From: a virus
Lineage: Duplodnaviria; Caudoviricetes
DNA length: 64,000 bases
Strand: one strand, 5' to 3'
IMG/VR virus record: IMGVR_UViG_3300026442_000101
The notes below the pieces were generated by a model. The model made no database searches and was not told where the DNA came from. It was given only the letters and a program-made list of their open reading frames with translations. Below are positions 58,962 to 64,000 of the stretch, piece by piece. Numbering within the stretch: the stretch's first letter is position 1; the number at the start of each line of letters is the position of its first letter. The translations under genes were made by a program, and so were the position numbers.

Positions 58962-60377
58962 ATGAGCATCTTCAAGCAACTGGCTGGCGCCTCGATGGAA
59001 AGCCTCGCACCGAGCGAGGAAGTCATCGCAGCCCAAGCCCAAGCCGCAGCAGCCGAAGAAGAGCGTGAAGTAATCACCCTCTCCGACGAAATCGACTCCG
59101 ACATCGAAGTTATCGGTGCCATCGGTAACGACATCGAAAAATCCGCCGACGAAGTGTCCAAGGCTTCCGTAGCCTCCGGCGCTATCGAGAATCTGGTTGA
59201 CCAGACCATCGAAACCTACGGCGAAGACGGCATCACCGAACAAGGTGCAGCCATCCTGCAATCCTCGATGGAATCGGTGCTCAAGGCTGCTGGCCTCGAC
59301 ATCCCGGTGTCCATGCTCGTCCCATCGTTCGAAAGCGGTATGACTCGTACCGACTACTCGACCGAAGCCGAAGAGAAGAAGGGCGGCGTCATCAGCCGCA
59401 TCCTGAAGTGGCTGGCTGACGCCTACCACGCTGTGATCGACGGCATCAGCAACTTCTTCACCCGCTTCTTCGTTACTGCTGGTCGTGTCCAGAAGTACGT
59501 CGACAAGGTCAAAGACAAAGTCAACGCCCAGAAGGGTGATGGCGGCGCTGGTGAGATCAGCCTGGGTGGCGAGATCCTCTTCATCGATGGCGGCAACCCT
59601 TCGGCCAGCCTGAACAAGAACGTTCAGGTCTTCCAGAAGTTCGTTCAGCGCTGGACCAGCACCTTCGGCCCTATCGCCGATATCAAGGTCGGTGGTCTGC
59701 AGGAAACCTTCAGCTCCGCTACCAACGCGATGAGCGGCATGATGGAATCCGGCGTTACCCACCTCAAGGGTCTCGAGATCGTTCCTGGCTATTCGGTCGA
59801 GGTGTCGAAAGGCGCCAACAACGAGTTCCCGATGATCGGCGCCAAGCTGAAAGTCGAAGGTAAGGAAAAGCCGAAGGACACCAAAGTCCGTGGCGTTTCG
59901 CTGTCTGATTGCAAGTCCGGTATCGAGGTGTGCGACAAGGCACTGAAAGTCCTGGATGGCATGAAGACCAAGGTCGATGAATGGCTGAAAGATGCCAAGC
60001 GTCTGCAGAAGTGGGCGTCCTCGAATGCCTTCAACCAAAGCATGCTGGCCAAGGTTGAGGATAACGTTCACATGAAGGCTCAGCAGCTTCGTCACCGCGA
60101 CATGCTGAAGTCCGTCGTCGGCGCTTCGCAGGTCATGGCTCAAGGCTGGGCACAGGCAGCTCCTCTGTTCCTGCGCTCCGTCAAGGCGCACGCCGCCTGG
60201 GTTGACCGCAGCTGCCGTGGTTCGGCTGGTCAGGACAAAGATGCTCCTGAGCTGAAGACCATCAAGCCTGATGACAACAAGGCCATCGGCTACGACGCTA
60301 CCGGCAAGAAGAGCACCTCCTACGGCAACGGTAAGGAGCCTGAGAAAGAAGGCACCACTTACCAGAAACGAAAGTAA
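58962..60377 (+). CDS. phiKZ-like inner head protein paralog
   Basis: ASME|, PSFE|, YSTE|AEEKKGGVISRILKWL; strong codon bias. Confidence 0.85.
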   Translation: MSIFKQLAGASMESLAPSEEVIAAQAQAAAAEEEREVITLSDEIDSDIEVIGAIGNDIEKSADEVSKASVASGAIENLVDQTIETYGEDGITEQGAAILQSSMESVLKAAGLDIPVSMLVPSFESGMTRTDYSTEAEEKKGGVISRILKWLADAYHAVIDGISNFFTRFFVTAGRVQKYVDKVKDKVNAQKGDGGAGEISLGGEILFIDGGNPSASLNKNVQVFQKFVQRWTSTFGPIADIKVGGLQETFSSATNAMSGMMESGVTHLKGLEIVPGYSVEVSKGANNEFPMIGAKLKVEGKEKPKDTKVRGVSLSDCKSGIEVCDKALKVLDGMKTKVDEWLKDAKRLQKWASSNAFNQSMLAKVEDNVHMKAQQLRHRDMLKSVVGASQVMAQGWAQAAPLFLRSVKAHAAWVDRSCRGSAGQDKDAPELKTIKPDDNKAIGYDATGKKSTSYGNGKEPEKEGTTYQKRK

Positions 60378-60388
60378 GGGGATGGTGA

Positions 60389-61630
60389 ATGGGCGCCTCG
60401 CTGCTTAAGCAATTGTCGGCAGTGTCGGCGCCACACAAACCTCAAGTTGATCACAGCCTCGAGAGCGCTATCGTCGAGGCTGCTGCCACCGCGGACGGCA
60501 ATATCGAAAGTTTGTCTGATATTGCCGCTACGGTTAATCAACATGTCGGGGAGATCTCGACTGGGATTTGCGTGGCGGACAGTCTGACCGACGTAGTCGA
60601 CAACACCATCGCTATTTATGGCGAAGGCGGTATCGACGAACAGGGTGCTGAGCTTCTCAGGATCTCTGTGGAATCCATCCTCAAGGTAGGTGGTATAAAC
60701 ATCCCTGCCGAGATGGTCGCTCCTTCCTTCGAATCTGTGACCGGTAATTACTCCGCCGAAGTGGCAACCCAGAAGGGTAATGTCATTTCCAGGATCATGA
60801 CCTGGCTGCACGCTGCTCTGCAATCGATCAGCGAATCGATGAAGTCCTTCTGGCTACGCCTCACCAACAGCAGTAAGTCGGTGGAGGAGTACGCTAAGAA
60901 GGTCGCCGAGAGAGTCAAGGCCGTGGATGGCGAGTTGAAGGATCCTGCTGCTACCATCAACGTAGGTGCTGATGCGCTCTGGTTGACTGGTCGTAGCGAT
61001 CATATCTCCAAGCCAGATCGCCATGTCGTGGAAACAGTGGCACGCTTCGAAGACTTCGTCGTCGAATGGCGTAACCTGTGGGGTAGCATCATCGACTTCC
61101 AGTTCCCGTCGCCGTTGAGCGATCCGAAGAACATGGAGGTGTTGAACAAGAAGCTGCATGATCTTGCCGTCTCCACCGTGAAGGGTACCAAGCCTGTCAA
61201 GATCGACATCACCGTGGGTCATGCTATCGACCTCAAGCCAGGTGCTGGCGAAGTCCCGATGCTGACTGCGACCACTAAGGTGGTTGTCAACGTGACGGTC
61301 AAAGACAAGACCGCTCCTGTGCTCACCAAGGATGAGATGAAACACGGTATCGATACCGTGCTCGAAGCCTTCGGTGTGCTGAAGAAGCTGGAGAAGGACA
61401 TGGACAAAGTGGGTCAGACCACTCTGCGTGTCTCCCGGCTGACCAAGAGCGTCTCGGTCAAAGACACCGGTGTCGAGATCAAAGAGAGTGAGCTGCGTCA
61501 AACGCTGAAGGCTCTCTCCAAGGCTTGCGGCTTCGCCTCTTGGGGCTGGACCAACGCCGTACCGTATTACCTCAAAACCCTCAAGGCTTGTGTCAAGTAC
61601 ATTGACGCATCGGCCAGCCGTTACTCTTGA
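60389..61630 (+). CDS. phiKZ-like inner head protein paralog
   Basis: HSLE|, PSFE|, YSAE|VATQKGNVISRIMTWL. Confidence 0.85.
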   Translation: MGASLLKQLSAVSAPHKPQVDHSLESAIVEAAATADGNIESLSDIAATVNQHVGEISTGICVADSLTDVVDNTIAIYGEGGIDEQGAELLRISVESILKVGGINIPAEMVAPSFESVTGNYSAEVATQKGNVISRIMTWLHAALQSISESMKSFWLRLTNSSKSVEEYAKKVAERVKAVDGELKDPAATINVGADALWLTGRSDHISKPDRHVVETVARFEDFVVEWRNLWGSIIDFQFPSPLSDPKNMEVLNKKLHDLAVSTVKGTKPVKIDITVGHAIDLKPGAGEVPMLTATTKVVVNVTVKDKTAPVLTKDEMKHGIDTVLEAFGVLKKLEKDMDKVGQTTLRVSRLTKSVSVKDTGVEIKESELRQTLKALSKACGFASWGWTNAVPYYLKTLKACVKYIDASASRYS

Positions 61631-61645
61631 TAGAGGATTCACCCA

Positions 61646-62932
61646 ATGTTCGTTCATGACGACGCACTGCAACAAGCCGCGGCCCAGGCGCAACTGGAAG
61701 AGAACCCGACCGCTCTGGTCGAGTGCATGGTCGAAGAAGCAGCCGGTGAGCTGAACAACGCCGTGATCGCCGCTGACGCTTCCGGTCAGGAAGTGGTCAA
61801 GATCGCTGAAGTGACCGAATCGCTCGAGTCCTTCATCCACGGCATCTTCGAGCAGGTTCCTGCTGCCGAGTGGAACGCCAAGGTTGCCCGTCAGTACCAG
61901 GTAGGTGTTGGCTCTATCTTCGCTGCCGCTGGCGTTCCGATGGATTCGCGGATCTACTCCGCCTCCTTCGAAGATGCTGGTAAAGAGCAGACCAACGAAG
62001 AGAACCGCGCCGAGTCCGAGACCAAGGGCAAGAACATCGTCAAGCGCATGTGGGAAGCCTTCCTGAAAGCCCTGGCGTCGCTGGCTAGCAACATCATGCT
62101 GTTCGCCGGTAAAGTCGGTAAGAGCGCCCTGGCCTGCCGTAAGGCCGGCGAGAACCTGTGGGCTCGTGCCAAGAAAGCCAAGGGCACTCCAAAGAAGGAT
62201 ACCTTCGACGGGGCTCCGGCTTGGGGCAAGTACCTGTACAAGAACGGCAGTCAGGGCAAGCCGGCCGCTGCTGTTGCTTCGGCGACCTACGAGCTGATGC
62301 ACGTAGCCGTTCCGACCATCGACGCTTACTCCAAGATGGCCGAAGTCTTCTCCAAGGCCGTTGCCGAAGGCGATGTGCTCGACGACGACAAGTTCTCGAA
62401 AGACCTGAAGGACATCGCCGATGAAGGTGGTGATCTCTTCGGTGGTCAGAAGCTCGAGATCGAAGTCTCCGAAGACAAGCTGGTCCCTGGTATCAAAGCC
62501 AAGATCACCAAGACTGCTCCGGCCGTCAAGGACATCAAAGTCCTGACCATCACCGAGATCAATGAACTCGGTACCGCTATCACCAACGTGGCGGACAGCA
62601 TGGAGAAAGTCGAAGGTGGCGTGAAGGCTGCGGTGAAGGGTCTCGAGAAGATTCGTCGCAACATCCACAGCGCCGCGAATAAAGCGACCCCGACCCGTCT
62701 TCGTTCTTCGCAGCTGTCGGACATGATCAGCAACATCACCTCGATGGCCAAGGTTATCCTGCCTTACTCGGCTAACCTGGTGCAGGACGCCTACAGCCAC
62801 GGCTCCGCTTCGCTGAAGATGTACAAAGGCGACTCGCCGGCTGTTGAAGACAGCAAGGGCGGTGACGAGAAGGAAGTGAAGAAGGAAGAACCGAAGGCTG
62901 GCGACAAAGAGGATGGGAAGAAGGATGACTGA
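61646..62932 (+). CDS. phiKZ-like inner head protein paralog
   Basis: ESLE|, ASFE|, KGKNIVKRMWEAF; charged C-tail. Confidence 0.85.
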   Translation: MFVHDDALQQAAAQAQLEENPTALVECMVEEAAGELNNAVIAADASGQEVVKIAEVTESLESFIHGIFEQVPAAEWNAKVARQYQVGVGSIFAAAGVPMDSRIYSASFEDAGKEQTNEENRAESETKGKNIVKRMWEAFLKALASLASNIMLFAGKVGKSALACRKAGENLWARAKKAKGTPKKDTFDGAPAWGKYLYKNGSQGKPAAAVASATYELMHVAVPTIDAYSKMAEVFSKAVAEGDVLDDDKFSKDLKDIADEGGDLFGGQKLEIEVSEDKLVPGIKAKITKTAPAVKDIKVLTITEINELGTAITNVADSMEKVEGGVKAAVKGLEKIRRNIHSAANKATPTRLRSSQLSDMISNITSMAKVILPYSANLVQDAYSHGSASLKMYKGDSPAVEDSKGGDEKEVKKEEPKAGDKEDGKKDD

Positions 62933-64000
62933 TACTAGCCTGTTTCCCGAAACCCCTGCTGAGGACCTTGGTCCTCTGACCGAAGCCGAAGTAGACGGAC
63001 CGATCTTCGATCCAGTTGACGACGTGCAGTTAGGCGAAAGCGTGGGCAACCTCGAGAAACTCGCTAGCATTACCGAGAGCCTGGAGTCGTACACTGCCAG
63101 GTTCTTGGATACCGTTCCTGCCGACAAGTGGACTGACAAGACCTCGGTGCAGTTTTATACCGGGGCTGGCCAGATCCTCTCGGCAGGGGGTATTGTCCTC
63201 GACACCCCACTCTTCGATCTATCCACCGAAGCGTCCGATAAGGCCGGTATCGGCGGGGCAATGAAATCGTTCTTGGCCCGCTTGTGGGAATCCTTCCGTG
63301 GGTTGCTGGCTATGGTGGTTGACAAAGTCACCCAGCTGGTCGTCAACTACGGGAAGACTTCCAAGGCGGTCAGAAAGATGATCATGGCGATGAATAACTT
63401 GCAAGACAAGTTTCCAGACGCCAACCCGCCTAACGGCATGTCGTTCGACATGGTTCCTTCGTGGTCTGACTACCTGATGTACAAGGGTAACCAAGTATCG
63501 GCGCGTGCTTCTCTTGAGGCCGCGATCGGTATCTTGCAGACCGAGGCTCTGAAGTGGATGGATGCCTTCATCGATCCGGCTGATGCTTGCATCAAGATGG
63601 CGTTGGGCGGTAAGCCAGTTACCATGGAGTACCTGAACACCATCGCAGCACCTCCTTCGAAGACCATCGAATGGCCTGGTGGTACGTCCATTGAATTTAC
63701 AGTGGACCTCACCAAGCCTGGTGGTTCGATCCTGAACACCTCAGTGAGTGTCGTGAAGAATCCTAAGCGACCTCACCGCGTAGATGTCCTGAGCGATGTC
63801 GAGATCAAACATGTGGCTGAACGCATGGAAGATCTGGCTCGCGCCATGAACCTTGTTGAGAAAGGCCTCAAGGCCCGTATCAGCACCATGCAGAGCATCC
63901 AACGCAGGATCGGGAAGGAAGCGCTGCCGGTAAGTCCTGCTGCGATCGCTTCGATGATCAAAAGCATGATTGCCGTGCCTCGCATCGTACTACCAACGTC
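62925..64000 (+). CDS. phiKZ-like inner head protein paralog, 3'-truncated (not in ORF track)
   Basis: ATG at 62925 (MTDTSLFPE...), ESLE| and LSTE|ASDKAGIGGAMKSFLARLWESF; open to window end. Confidence 0.8.
   Translation, partial: MTDTSLFPETPAEDLGPLTEAEVDGPIFDPVDDVQLGESVGNLEKLASITESLESYTARFLDTVPADKWTDKTSVQFYTGAGQILSAGGIVLDTPLFDLSTEASDKAGIGGAMKSFLARLWESFRGLLAMVVDKVTQLVVNYGKTSKAVRKMIMAMNNLQDKFPDANPPNGMSFDMVPSWSDYLMYKGNQVSARASLEAAIGILQTEALKWMDAFIDPADACIKMALGGKPVTMEYLNTIAAPPSKTIEWPGGTSIEFTVDLTKPGGSILNTSVSVVKNPKRPHRVDVLSDVEIKHVAERMEDLARAMNLVEKGLKARISTMQSIQRRIGKEALPVSPAAIASMIKSMIAVPRIVLPT

Noticed and set aside
60854-63139. 761-aa minus-strand ORF (likewise 500..1612, 58926..60191)
   Set aside because: Shadows of the plus-strand head protein genes.
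1-64000. CRISPR array, IS element or integrase
   Set aside because: No regularly spaced direct repeats, transposase or recombinase motifs seen.

Overview
A 64-kb segment of a large lytic phage genome, most likely a phiKZ-related (Chimalliviridae-like) jumbo phage of Pseudomonas. The evidence is a family of paralogous inner-head proteins with S-x-E prohead-protease sites, a phage copy of the Pseudomonas regulator AmrZ, and dense operons of short hypothetical genes. From 1.6 to 57.7 kb the genes are on the minus strand. They include nucleotide and NAD metabolism (dcd, folA, thyA, tmk, the PRPP-synthetase-like plus NAMPT-like NARP1-type pair, NUDIX, DarG-like macrodomain), phosphoesterases, Ntn-peptidase-like genes, spanins, a TAXI-type binding protein and a QueC-like enzyme. 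Both ends of the window carry plus-strand virion head genes. The most unusual feature is the RNA locus at 31.4-34.5 kb. Next to four CCA-ending tRNAs (Ile, Tyr, Asn, Gln) lie seven RNAs with tRNA-like acceptor stems that all end in N-CCTA instead of CCA. None has a normal 7-nt anticodon loop. Three carry a circularly permuted second tRNA (complete or partial) inside their anticodon arm, three carry other inserts, and one keeps only the terminal stem. All structures were read by eye and nothing was run against databases.
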